DNA of 64,000 bases from Perna viridis (taxonomy: Eukaryota): the NCBI GenBank assembly GCA_037379345.1, contig CM074512.1, positions 16,988,001 through 17,052,000 on the forward strand. Reading direction: 5' to 3'. Within the stretch, counting starts at the first letter, position 1, and each line of letters starts with the position of its first letter. Shown piece after piece: positions 12,739 to 26,050 of this stretch. The position numbers and the translations under genes were made by a program. A model generated the notes under the pieces. The model worked only from the letters and a program-made list of their open reading frames with translations, did not search any database and was not told where the DNA came from.

Positions 12739-15700
12739 AAAGAACCTCACAATATAAGATTTTAAGAGACCCAGGCAGTTCCTATGATATCGGTGATGGT
12801 ACATGGAAAAAGTTATCCCATGGAATTTTTAGTTTCGAGGTAATGTTTATATAATATATAGTTATGTCAAATAGTACAAAGATTTTTTCAATTGACAATG
12901 AATAGCTCAGAAAATGATTTTAAAGTTCCCTAAGAAAGCAACCAAATTTTGTATAAAATGAAAGAGTTGTCTCCCTTTTTCAAAATAATTTCAGTTCTGT
13001 GCAAGTTATTTCTCTTAATCCATTGCAGTTAATCAAAAACCAACATTCAACTTTGAGAAACAATGCAAAATTTGTTATGTTCCACCCACTGCCTGGTTTT
13101 TGCATGGACATCCCCTTAAAAAGATATGTTTTGTACAGAAAAATAGGTTATACATGTCAACCTTTGAACGTCAAAGCCATTTCATAAGTATAAAACTCAG
13201 ATCAAATAAAGAAACTAAGATTGCATAAGTACATCTTTAATATTAAGATTTTTCAATGAAAGTTAAATTGAAAAGATGACAACTGTGTCCAAGTATAACA
13301 TGCACTTAACAATTACTATTTAGATCTTTGGTATTAAACAGTTATAAGACTATGAGATAAGACCTCCTCCATTCCAGAATGTGGGAAATGAGCACACTTT
13401 TACCCATCAAAGGATGATAATTTTTCCTAGGTTACATGTATACCTCACCTCCTGTTGAACCTAAATATTTTCTTCTCAAGATGTTGTACACCATGTTTTA
13501 AAAACATTGCAATCAATATGAATATTCTACTCATTACACCACAATTTCCACTTGTCAAACAAAATTTACTTCAATATATCTCAGTTCAACTCAACTATTG
13601 CTCAATTTCCTTAAACTATAGCAAAATGCATGCTAAACAGTACATGTATTGATTGACAATATGAAAGTCGTTTTCTCTGATTGATGAAACGCACCCCTGA
13701 TTACCAATCAATCATGGAGACCTTCTTCATCAATTCTTTCTCTTGTATTCAAAGAAGACAGTCCTAAATTCTGACGACTTTTTGATGACATGTTTTAAAT
13801 GATGTTATTGAAAAAATTCTGATGATTTTAATCATACAGCAATGAAACTAGAACTTGTAAAAGGTGACATATAACCAGCACTTGATTTTGTTCAACTAAG
13901 CTACTTTAATACTGTAAACTTATAAATATTATGACAGAGTGAAATAATAACTTCTATAACTTCAGACAATAAGTAAAGAAACATATTAAGGGGGCTAATA
14001 TGGAAACTCCTGCCCAACTCTAACAATAAGCTTGTGATCTTAATCATTTTCCCTCTAACCTCAAGTCACATGGGAAAAGAATTTCCCATGTCAGCACTTT
14101 TGACCATTTCTCTCTTGAGCAACTTTGCAGTTGCTAATTTCAAAATGACTCAGAAAAAAATCTTACAGTTCAGTGGAGCACAGACTTTTTGGTCCTTGTA
14201 GACTAATCTACAGGACCCTATGAGGTTGATACCCTAATAACCATGACATAGATTCATGTTGTTAACAGGACCAAGGTGATATCCTACAGGCCACAATGTA
14301 GATCCATAGATACAGTGTCACTGTTGTATAGTTTTTAGGAAGAGACCACTAGGGGTACCAGTAAACAACAATGACAAATGTAAACAAATTTCATAAAAAA
14401 CCAAAACACCTATGGCTATTAATGCCATTTTAGTGTGTGCACGAGTTTATAAAGAATGAATATGTTTAACTATAGCCTACATTGATTACCATAGTTATGG
14501 AACATCTATTGTTTACAGCTAATCAAGAAAATAAATAGAACAGCTGTTAAAAATCCAGACTGACCACAACTACAAATAACTGAGAAAACATAGTACTCTG
14601 ACAGTACATAACAAAATGTTACAAATTCATGTGACAAAGGAAATACTAAACAGAATGATCTTGTTTGATGTTTTCTCCCTCCCTGGGTCCAACTTAAAAG
14701 TGCTTCTTCTGAAACCATATAGATATGAACTATGGTATGTGGTTTTTGAAACATGATTCAGAAATGCTTGGAACAATAAGAAGTATTTTTTTCATTTGTT
14801 TTGTTGTTGTTGAGCATTTTTGGCCAAGGAATGATGAATTACTATATTGCAGTTAACCATCTATCTATAGATATTTCATCCCACATTTAAAGACAGAATA
14901 AGTAGAACCAATATGTGCTAGATCATTGGAAGCAAACATCCTACAATTCACTTGGACATTTAATTTGTCTAAAGCCATTCAGGCTTTTTACATGACAGAA
15001 AGGTATGTGCTGGTACCTTTTAAATTCTCTTTAAGATTTTGCAGCAGAGACTGCAACTAAAATCTGGGAAACCTTTTGTGGACAAGGGAAAAATAACCTG
15101 AGTAAACATATACATTGAACAAGTTATTTGAAAGGAAATGTTGGAAGAAGTAAAAGTTATCAAGTTTTTGACCACTATTTGTGATAATGTAACATTGCAA
15201 CTACTGAAAATTCAGGTAGGGAGAGGCACATATATCTACAATAACAGCACAGTTTCAAAACAGGATATGAAAACGTGTATAGTATACCACACATCATTAA
15301 TGAAGGGTCATATCTAATACATGTACAAATGTACTCATACTCCCCCTTCTTTTCTATCAAAAATTAAGGATGTCAAAATTACTCTTTAGCATATAAAACT
15401 AACTTTTCATCCCTCAATTCAGTCTTCAAGAATATTCTTTTTTTTTTTTTTTTTTTAAAGTCAAGCACATTCTAAATTTTCAGTTTCTAAACATCTATTG
15501 AAATCCAATGATGGATCTTCAATATCAGGACTTAAAGTGAAGGTAAAACATGAAGGTCCAATGTATAAACTGACAATTTTTTTAAAAATACTGAAGTAAA
15601 ATATGACACACAACTATTGCAATTAATAAGACATACCTGTAATTTCTTGGCAGAGTGTGCATATTTCTCTGAGACATAACGATAAATGAGGTTCTCACAG

Positions 15701-16661
15701 CATCCCTATTTCCCTAGAGTATCTTACAACATCATCAGCCTAATATACCACACAGTAGGCTATCTTCAAACTTATGGCCATTTTTATAGATTTTCTCCAT
15801 CACTTCAAAATTCTATCAACATTGTATTTGTATAAAGTAAACAGTACTAAAGCATTAGAATGGGAGTATTAATTGTCATTCTAATCACCAGTCAAACTAT
15901 TAGACAAATTGTCCCATACTTGGCCTGTAATGAGTCTTTGAGATACTCACAACAGCTGCTGATATGATATTTTCTCCCATTGTATTTCAAAGAATTTTTT
16001 CAATTTGGAGATTTAAAAGCTTTTAAATATAGAATAAGAATGGTTAATAAGTTTTATTCTATGTTATTGATAATTCACTAAAAGAACAACAGAATGAACA
16101 ATAAAATGTAGTCAAATAGTCTACCTATTTAAAACAGTATCATGTTACCCCATATTCTACAAATGAAGAATCCATAACTCTACTTTAATCACTAGAAGAA
16201 TTACAAGTCTTGAAGACAAACCAGAAGCAATGCATATCCTAAAGTTATAAGTGCAAAGATAGATTTTGTTCCCTTTGATTCATACATAAAGAAGGAATGT
16301 TTTGGATTTTTTGCCAGTTTATGCCTAATGCATAAACAATCTTTTATAAAGTTGTTATTCTTAATCTGTAGCAACATCTAACTTAATACATAGAGCCATC
16401 AAGGAGGAAGAGGGAAGAGCCGGAGGCTTTGGTCTGTGGATCACTACATTTCCAGCATACAATATAAGAAATTCTCTCTGAAATCTAGATTATCATTTAT
16501 GTATCCACTTGTTATATGCTTATCATACAATACTCTTAGCTACCCTTGTTTATATGACACCCATAGAGGATGATTTTTTACAACAAACAGATTATATTAC
16601 ATTGGTATACCTTTTCAAACTTTGATCAAACTTAGCAAAAAATTACAAAGCATTAATATGA

Positions 16662-16748
16662 ATGATTGGTGTTTTTTGTATTCAGAAACCACTGGGCTTA
16701 TACCACAGCTGGTAGACCAAGGGTTTCTGAAGGTACGCACCAGCCATT
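16662..16748. repeat. Imperfect palindrome (MITE-like remnant)
   Basis: tgattggtg..ttcagaaacc..tacca cagc tggta..ggtttctgaa..caccagcca. Confidence 0.55.
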
Positions 16749-16900
16749 TAGAAAGACTTGTATATAGTAATATAATAGTTAATTAACTTAAATTTGAAGT
16801 ATAGCAAACTTGAAACTTCTAAAACACTGAGGCTTTATTTCTTGTATTGCATTTCTTAAAGAGCATAACTCAGAAACATTTTCCCTTGCAAAGGACATAT

Positions 16901-17305
16901 GTGCTCTGTATGTGATTACCTTTACTCACAACTGCCACATGCACCCTGTATGTGATTACTTTCACTCACAACTGCCACATGCACTATGTATGTGATTACC
17001 TTCACTCACAACTACCATGTGCACTCTGTATGTGATTACCACTCACAACAGCCACATGCACTCTGTGATTACCTTCACTCACAATGGCTGCATGCATTCT
17101 GTATGTGCATACCTTCACTCACAATGGCCAAATGCACTCAGTTTGTGATCACCTTCACTCACAATGGCCATGTGCACTTTGCATGTGCATAACTTTACTC
17201 ACAATGGCAAAATGCACTCTGTATATGATTACCTTTGCTCACAACAGGCTGCATGCACTCTGAGATTACCTTTGCTAAAAACGGGCTGCATGCACTCTGT
17301 ATGAG
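16901..17305. repeat. Minisatellite, ~40-bp unit x~10, diverged
   Basis: Unit gcactctgtatgtgattaccttcactcacaactgccacat; 40-nt period visible at 16901, 16941 and 16981. Confidence 0.92.
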
Positions 17306-19704
17306 ATTTCCACCAGTTAACAGCTCATTTTTTTATCTGATTTTAAGTTATGACAATCTATGTCCAGCAAATACTGGACAGCACTCACAATCAATACTAA
17401 TTCATTCATAAAACTCATTTATGCAAATGCTAACCCCTTTTCTTCTGAGGAAAGAAGCTTTATTTCATAGCTTTATGTGCCATTTCCACCAGCAGTTGCA
17501 GTTTAATGTAAAGTAACATCTGTACCTATACAACTTTGGGGTAATACTAGAAAATCAAGCCTTTAACTTTTCTGCCATAGCAGGGTTATACAAGTTAAAT
17601 CTCAAAATGCGAAAATGTTCACCAAAGACAGAATCTAGACGCGGCTTAATTAAATAGAAAGAGAAATATTAAGTAGAATCAGAGCTTTGTCATTATAGAC
17701 ATTTGTTTCTTATAAAATGCTAGCAAATTAATAAACTGAGGAATATATTAATATGAAATGGATTACAGTCTATAATGCAAGCAGTGTTGTTGATTCCAGT
17801 AGAAATGTTGCATTTGATAATTAAAGTTTGTTTTATGATAATGGATTGCACAGGGTGTGGATGAAATGTAAGACATTGTGTCATTTGTCTCCACCTTTGA
17901 ACTGATATCTAAAAAAATCTCCTACTTGATAAAAACCTTGTGCTTCCAACAAAGAATTTACCATTTACTGTATAAAATACACTTTTTCAATTAAAAGCTA
18001 AGTGTAAATACATTGAACTGTTATGAAAACAAAGTTATCTATAGAAAAAGTACTCAGGTACACCTCTACATAATTTATCATTACACATATAAGTGATACT
18101 TGTGTAGATATATGATAAAATTATAAATGAAAAAAAAAATAGAGTTAAAGACACTCAGCATAAGGAGCAAACCTCTTCCTTGTATTTTATTATAAAGGCA
18201 TCCAGTTTGCAGATTTGGAGTGCTCTAATAATTAAAATGAAATTCTGTAATGTAATTACTAATCAAGCTGACCTTTATCAGTGCCAATGTTTAGTAATAT
18301 TTCATTACCTATAAGGTCTACTTATCAATCTAAGTTTTCTAAATCTGACATTTTAATCCAATTACATTGCATGTATACAAACCATGTAATACTTAAACAC
18401 AATTTAGTGCAAATCTGCTGGATATAATTTAAAAGTTTGTGGTTATTACATCTAATACAAGTCTTAATCTAATTTTCTTGCTACAGAATTAAATTGTAAG
18501 ATGCACATATTTTACAAGGAGGAAGCTGTAACTTCATCAAATTCTTAAATTCCAATGCAGAATGTTAAACAGACAAGATGCTGTCAGCCTCATTTCCATA
18601 AATGTAGAGCTAACAATACAACTGATAACCATCATGACAGTTCTAAACAACAGTGATCCATAACTCACATTCATCATATTAGATTCACTGCTTATAATCA
18701 AATTCTGAAGCAGTCAACAAAGTTGAATGCCTGTTGAATACATATTTTAGTCAAAGATTTGGAAAATCAAGTGAAACTAAATAACGCAAGTGACATCTCT
18801 TGAGAATAACCAAGAACTTGAAACACTATTCAAGTCTTTTAAGTGTATTCATATTTGGTATCAGTTTTCCCATTTTTTATTTACCTTATCCACAATGAGA
18901 GTAATAGAATAAACAAATAGAAATTTGTATTTACAATTATTTGTATCATCAGTGATTTAGTTTATGTAAAGGTAAAGAAGTTTACAATATTATGTTGAAC
19001 ATCATACATGTTATACACTAGTATTTAGTACTTCTTTTTATGTTTGAAAAATGATTTTGGCTTTACCTTATCACATTGTGAATATCCATTTCAGCCAACC
19101 AGCTCTTGATTTGTACAAATGGACAGCCAACATAGTTGTGTGAAATAAATTAGTCTGATCTGGTTGAATAATTTATAAATATGTAAACAATGATAAGCAA
19201 TGTGTTATTCCATGTTACATTTATCACAGTAGTACTAACTTCATTAGATCATAGTAAAGTGTTAAGAGTTATGGGTCTCAAGATACTTTTAACCCTGTTT
19301 TATAAATATTGGGCTTTTACAATGCATTAGTGTGATAGGAACACTATGGGATATATTTTTCTGTCTGCTATTATGTATAAAACAGTAACAAATACTGATA
19401 CTGCTTTCTTCTAATAATTTCATCCTACAGAAATAATATTTTGGAAGATAACATATTTGAGGAGCTATAAACAATAAGATAACCTAGATCTTCTATCAGT
19501 ATATCTCTAATCTTCCAACACAATTTCCCCTTTCACCCTAAATTTTTAAGTCTTTCGACAATACTTTAACCACATACCTATGACCATATAAGTAGTTTTC
19601 TCCCAGCACCCAAACAATCTACAATAGTAGAATAGAAAAATGAAGAAAAAAATCTTCCACAATATAAAAAAACTTTGGTTCCACAATTTTGCATCTTCTG
19701 TACC

Positions 19705-20275
19705 TACGATATGGCTTCCCACCATGGCCCACTAACTCAACCTTTCCCAAAGCTAGTCCCTATGATATAACCTCCAAACTGGTCTCCTAACTCAACCACT
19801 CCCAAGGCTAGTCCCTATGATATAACCTCCAAACTGGTCTCCTAACTCAACCTCTCACAAAGCTAGTCCCTATGATATAGCTTCCCATCCAGGTCTACTA
19901 ACTCAACCTCTCACAAAGCTAGTCCCTATGATATAGCTTCCCATCCAGGTCTACTAACTCAACCTCTCACAAAGCTAGTCCCTATGATATAGCTTCCCAT
20001 CCAGGTCTACTAACTCAACCTCTCCCAAGGCTAGTCACTATGATATATCTAACCATCCAGGTCTACTAACTCAACCTCTCTCAAGGCTAGTCCCTATGGT
20101 ATAGCGTCCCATCCTGGTCTACTAACAACCTCTCCCAAAGCTAGTCCTTATGATATAGTTTTCCACCCTGGCCCACTAATTGAACCTCTCCAAAGGCTAG
20201 TTCCTATGATATAACCTCCAACCTTATTCTCCCAAGTCTAGCCCCTACTATACAACCTTCCAACCTGGTCTCCTA
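19705..20275. repeat. Minisatellite, 56-bp unit x~10
   Basis: Unit actaactcaacctctcacaaagctagtccctatgatatagcttcccatccaggtct; homogeneous centre with decayed edges. Confidence 0.93.
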
Positions 20276-20647
20276 TGTCAAATTTCTCCAACTTCAGTCT
20301 CCAATCTCTAAAAAACAGCTGTCAATTGCCTGTCCCAAGAACGACGACTTTCCATCAACAGGCCCCTATATCACATGTCACCATGACCTTTATAGAGTGC
20401 CCTATATCATAAACTTCTCCTATTATATGTGACCATGACCTTTGATATATAGTGCCCTATATTATATATTTAAATTAAAATATACTTATTTGTATATGCA
20501 TTATAAGTGTTTGTTTAAACCCTATATTGTTTACCCTATATCACACCTCTAGACTACATTGCATATCTATATCACACCCCTAGACCTATATCGCATACCC
20601 TATATTGCACCCCTTCATGAATTATACTTGAAGTATAGTTAAAATAT

Positions 20648-20808
20648 ATGATATAATGAACATGACATGTCAAAATCTGTATAACATGTAGTATCAACCC
20701 TCGACCTATATCACCCCACGGACCAGTGGCCCTTGGGGTGATATAGGAATCTCAGGTTAATACTGCATATAATTCAGATTTAGACATGTAATATTCAGTA
20801 TATATCAT
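20648..20808. mobile_element. Palindromic MITE-like element (~160 bp)
   Basis: Imperfect inverted repeat with ~75 bp arms; core cctatatcacccca / tggggtgatatagg is perfect, outer gacatgtcaaaatctg / cagatttagacatgt is imperfect. Confidence 0.65.
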
Positions 20809-23800
20809 AACACCTTCTCTACTATCATATATGACCATGACTCCATCTACAGTCCCTTATCATAATTTATTTTCTCCAATCACATGTGACAATGAATTTC
20901 CGTCTCAAGTTTCCCATATTTTAATCTCTTTAATCCTATCAAATGAGATCATAACTTTCCATATCTTTTCTCCTAAATCAAAACTTCTTATCACTATCAC
21001 ATGTGACAAAATCTCCATCTATAGTCCCCTATGTAATAAATTCTTCTCTCCTATGTACCTATAACTTTCTTCTGTGTCCTAAATAACAATCCAACAATGC
21101 CTGTCCAAACATCTTGTTGAAAAGGTAGCTGATGCCAGGTGGACCACAGAACATGGTCAATAGACGAGAGAAGTTAAAAATGAGTGACATTTTTATGTAT
21201 ATAACATAAATATTAGAAATCTACCAACAACATATCTGTACACAAAAAATGTACCTTCTGTCATAAACTATTTACCCCATACTGTAATGAAGAAATGCAT
21301 TGTGGGTACCTTGATGGATGTTAAGTGTCAAAGATCAAATGAATTAACAATGTTTGGCACATATACAGGTCAGAAATTTTCTCCATTATCTAGTGGTATT
21401 TTTTAAATGAAGATGCACAGTAGAATCCAGAAGAGCTGTCAGTTAAATGGTTTGTAAAGTTAAACCATATGCTGCCTACAATTCTCTCCTGTTGTTTACC
21501 AATGCATCATTTTATGAAGGAATTAAGGAGGACAAATCTTTTTTCAGACAGGAGGGTAATGTAAACAGCAACTTACTGCATAACTGAAATGGTTAGAAAA
21601 ATGTGACAGGTAATGACATGATGACTTCTTAAATGTGACACCACAGGCAGACAAACATCTTGAGTGCAAATTACATGCATAAAAACAGCAAGAAAAATAG
21701 AAGAAAAAATGATTGAAAGGAAGAGCATTATGTTAAATCCAGATGGGACTCAAGTGTTAATAAAACTGTCATTCCTTTATTTTCAGTAACAAAGCTTGAA
21801 AATGACAGGTATCTTAATTAAAGTTAAGATATTGCATACAGGAAATAGATTGTTATTCAAATGGGTCATCCATCCCAAGGGTAAACAAAAATATAAGTCA
21901 ACAGGATACTTTTTATTTCTCAGTTCATTTAGATTGAAAATATACATACAAAGTTCATATTCTGATGTTCATGCATACCAAGTTTTATAACAATATGACC
22001 TTAAAACAAGAAAGCTATGCACATTCTACATATGTGTTACTGTCTTACTGACCAAAAAAGCAATGCTGGTAAAAGTCTGCACATGATTAATTCAAATCCA
22101 ACTTGAGCAACAGTTAAACTTGTTGAGGAGCAAGCAACAAAATATTGACATAAGAAGTAACATAAGAACTCATCTACCATTAAAGGAAAATACATCTTCT
22201 CTATTCCACTAGAGAATTCAAAGTCTGATTTTACCAGAATAAAGGCGCCATAACCAACCAAAAATCAGGCTTTGTTGTTTAAGATTGTTTAACAATTAAT
22301 TAAGTTGTCAAAATTACCATTTTCCTTTTAACTTTATTGACAAAAACACCAAAAATCAATTAAAACAGAGGAGTATCAGATTCTGAATGGTAGAAAAGGA
22401 AATGTAACTGTCAGTGAACCCAAGAGTGACCAATTCATTCCAATACTGTCTCCGATTTATATACCAGTTGCTCTTAATGTGCTGAATTGGTTTTTGTCTC
22501 ATTAAGTAGCATGATGAACTCTATTTCTCATCAATGTTTCGGAGAGATATGCAAAACCACATTATGCTTCTACATTTGAAGAAAGTGATTTTTTTAATTG
22601 ATTTTTAATGTGACTAATAAAAAATTGTTTCCACAGCTAAATAAAGTTTATATTGTTTAAAAGTTCCTTCCCAGTTATTCCTGTCTTTTCCCATGTTATA
22701 TTTGATATAAATGAACCAGAATATTCTATAATTTGTTCTTACAAAATGCTACAATTGAAATAGTACCATATCCCTACTTAAAAGCTTTTCTAAAACTATA
22801 AGATCCTGATATAGTTCATTGATTTTTATTTTCCATCATATTTAATAAACAGCTGAGTTTGATGTACCATATTCCCAGCCTGACAACTTCTAACATTAAA
22901 TGGTTCTTCCATGCATACAAAATATCCTACCCTATAATACATAAATGGTCTTCAAAAAATTTATTATCCAATTAAATGGTTTTCAATAAAGTCAACTTTC
23001 TGCATACCTGATTCATGGAATTAAATAGCATGAATAATTGATATTTGTTTGCTTAAATGATTGGAATTAGTCTTTTCATTGCAAATCAGTCACAGCAGTG
23101 TTATAAATTTCTGGATTAGTGGAGGAAATGCTAAAATCAATATATGAATAGTAGTTAAAGGGAGATAACTCTAATTCACAGAAATTTCTAATTATTCTGA
23201 ACTTTTATAGTGCAGACCAATGCACCCTTGAAAGACAACATGTAATTTAGATGCAATTATGTGTTATACATTTCAAATTGCTCTGAACATAAAAGAAGAT
23301 AATTGTTGAGTCTGGAATATCTAGGTTGTCAAACAATTAATAGAATTCTCCCAACCAGAAGTGAACAGGAGTAAAGACATAAGTACAACGTTTTCATCAA
23401 CATTAAATATATGCTGTTTATTTCATCCAAAACACTCCTTTTATATAAATAATAAGAAAAAATGAATAAGGATAGGGTAAATAGGGTTAATATTGTACTT
23501 CTTTAATGGTTATTTAAATGTAATTTTGTCTTTTCCTTGTTTGATGTATGAAGTTTTGACAAATTAAACATGAATTTAATCAATATCTGTTTTTATATTC
23601 TCACTACCAGTAAGTTCATTTAAAAAATATTCTGTCTCTTGACAATATATGTCTTTTTAAAGAGAGAAATAAAATTGACATGAAGTATGATTGGCAATGA
23701 TTACTAACTGTACAGTTTGCAAATTCCCATGTAACATCTGTTTTGTGAAAAATAGACTTAGAATTAATCATTAAACTCACAAGGAACAGTTGTTAAATTA

Positions 23801-25577
23801 GAATTCTTCTGTCATCAGTCAGAAAATGTGTTGTTAATCTTAGTCAGGAGGTAAACTCGGACAAAACAATTAAAAAAATTACAGTACAAAAAAATATCCA
23901 AATGTAACTTGTTTTCTATTTAAGTTGAACCAATAGGGTTTTGGTTTTGCCAATAATAGATTTCCTTATAAAATCAACTAATATGAACCAAAAGTACATT
24001 GCAATGAAATTCTACAGTGCAAAGTATGTTCTTTTCAATAACAGAAGATCAAAATATATAAGAGTGTACGTTTTGATTAATTGTTAAAAACATTATCCAT
24101 AAATCAGCCAACCATCAATCCTTGTTACAACCAGACTTTTCATATTTTTTCTCACTATGTGTCAAAAAAATTTGTGTTTATTCTACTGAATAATTGATTT
24201 TCTTTTAAAAAGACGGAATAATTATTGGAGATTTGTTGGACAGCCTGAAGCTCTAAACAGCACTTATTTGTAGATTAAGGAAACAATGAAATAAAGGTAC
24301 CTTTGAAAACATTGTCAATAAATTAAAAAAATGTGAGTCACAAGACTATTCCCTTAGGGGTCAGATCAACAGGTTAATTAAGCAGAACTATCGTGCTAGT
24401 CGCCAAATCTATGGCTCTGACTACATTATGAAAATTCAATTTTTGGTTACAACACATCTGATTATGATCAACAAAGGAAATAATTAAATTAATTGTCTAA
24501 GGACAAAGAAGTAGACTGATACTCTGGCATCATATGATAGATTAATTAAGACATGTGGGGAGGGATACAGTCTCTGTGCTCCATGATGACAAATTGAACA
24601 CTGTTGTTTTTGGATTGTCTACTAATATCAATGAATAAAGAAAGCAGTTATAACCATTTGTTAGGCAGTTAATGTCATATCAATAATTAAACAGTTAGAT
24701 GAACTTAAAAGGGCAAGAAAAACCAACTTTAACAAATGCTTTGTCCTATCTTTAAATGCAATTAACTGGTATATCTATGATCACATCTTACATGAAGATG
24801 ACATACCATATATCCATTTTGTATTCATAAAGGGAAATAACTCCTAAATAATTAATTTAAACACATTTTATTTCTTCAATTTAAAATCAAAAACAAGTCC
24901 TTTAGAAATGGGTCATAATTTTTTCAACAACAAAAAATAATCAGACAGACAGACTGAAAAATATATTACATCCAGTCATTTTTATGGAGTTATTATTGCT
25001 ATGTAAAGTAAAATGCAACATTACTCCTATTAATGGAAGTATATAGATAAAATGTACACCAGTAATTATTTCCCTTGGGTATAAGACACCCTACATTTGG
25101 CAAATGATATTGTAGGATCAGTGACATTTCTACCAATTGTTTAATGAATAATTTATGTGGTTAGATTAGGGTTGTAAATACTGAGACTGCATAATTGAAA
25201 ATTAAATGTCACATTCTTTTGGACAAGAAAACTTTTATCTCAGTGATAAATATAATGTTCTAAAACCTAACCAATATATAACGAAAGGTTAATTAGTTTA
25301 CAGATCTAGTTCCTGAAGAAAAAATCCGCCTTTCCTAAATTAATATAAAATTTTAAAGAGCAATGACTAGGATTTTGGAAAAAAAAAACAAGGAAATTTT
25401 CGTCAGCGACTTGTCTAGGGTTTCATGCTTCCTACTATATGAAATGCACTAGGCCATAGTCCCTTCTGGCATGGAACCCTTCTTAAATATATAACCCTTA
25501 AAACAATCATCTTCATTTTTTTTTTTTGTTGCCATGACTGGAATTCTTTGATTATTCAACTTCGTATAAAAATTTAC

Positions 25578-26050
25578 CTTGCGAAAAATGAAGCAGCAGC
25601 TGATGGCGGAGGAGATGACATTCTGGATGAGTATCCAGCTGGTGGTGGTGACATCATTCCTTGATACGATCCTGTCGGAGGTGGTGAACCTATTCGTTGG
25701 TTAAAGGGAGGAGGGGAACTGACATGATGACCTAACATATTTGGCTGGTTATACACCATCTGATTATAATTGGAAGACATTCCAATGGGCTGGTTGTAAT
25801 GAGGTATATTTTGTCCACTATTTTGATTCTGTGACATTATTTGATTGTAGTGAGATATGTTAGCTGGATGTCCGTTTTGATTTGGAGGTGGCAAAGTTGG
25901 AGGCTGTTGTTGCACATAGTACTGATTCCTCAGGTAAGGTGGTATTCCTGACCCAGAATAGCTATGTATCATATCCATTTGTCCATAATTCATTCCACTT
26001 TGTTGATGGTCCATGTTTAAATTTGGTTCTTCATAAATATGGTTGTTGTT
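25578..26050 (-). CDS. KIF26: KIF26-like kinesin, coding exon D (P/Q/N-rich low-complexity region ending in AAASFFAR)
   Basis: Acceptor tctttcag|AAC and donor AG|gtaaat; 473 nt, phase 0/2. Ends in the KIF26-type AASFFAR motif. Confidence 0.92.
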
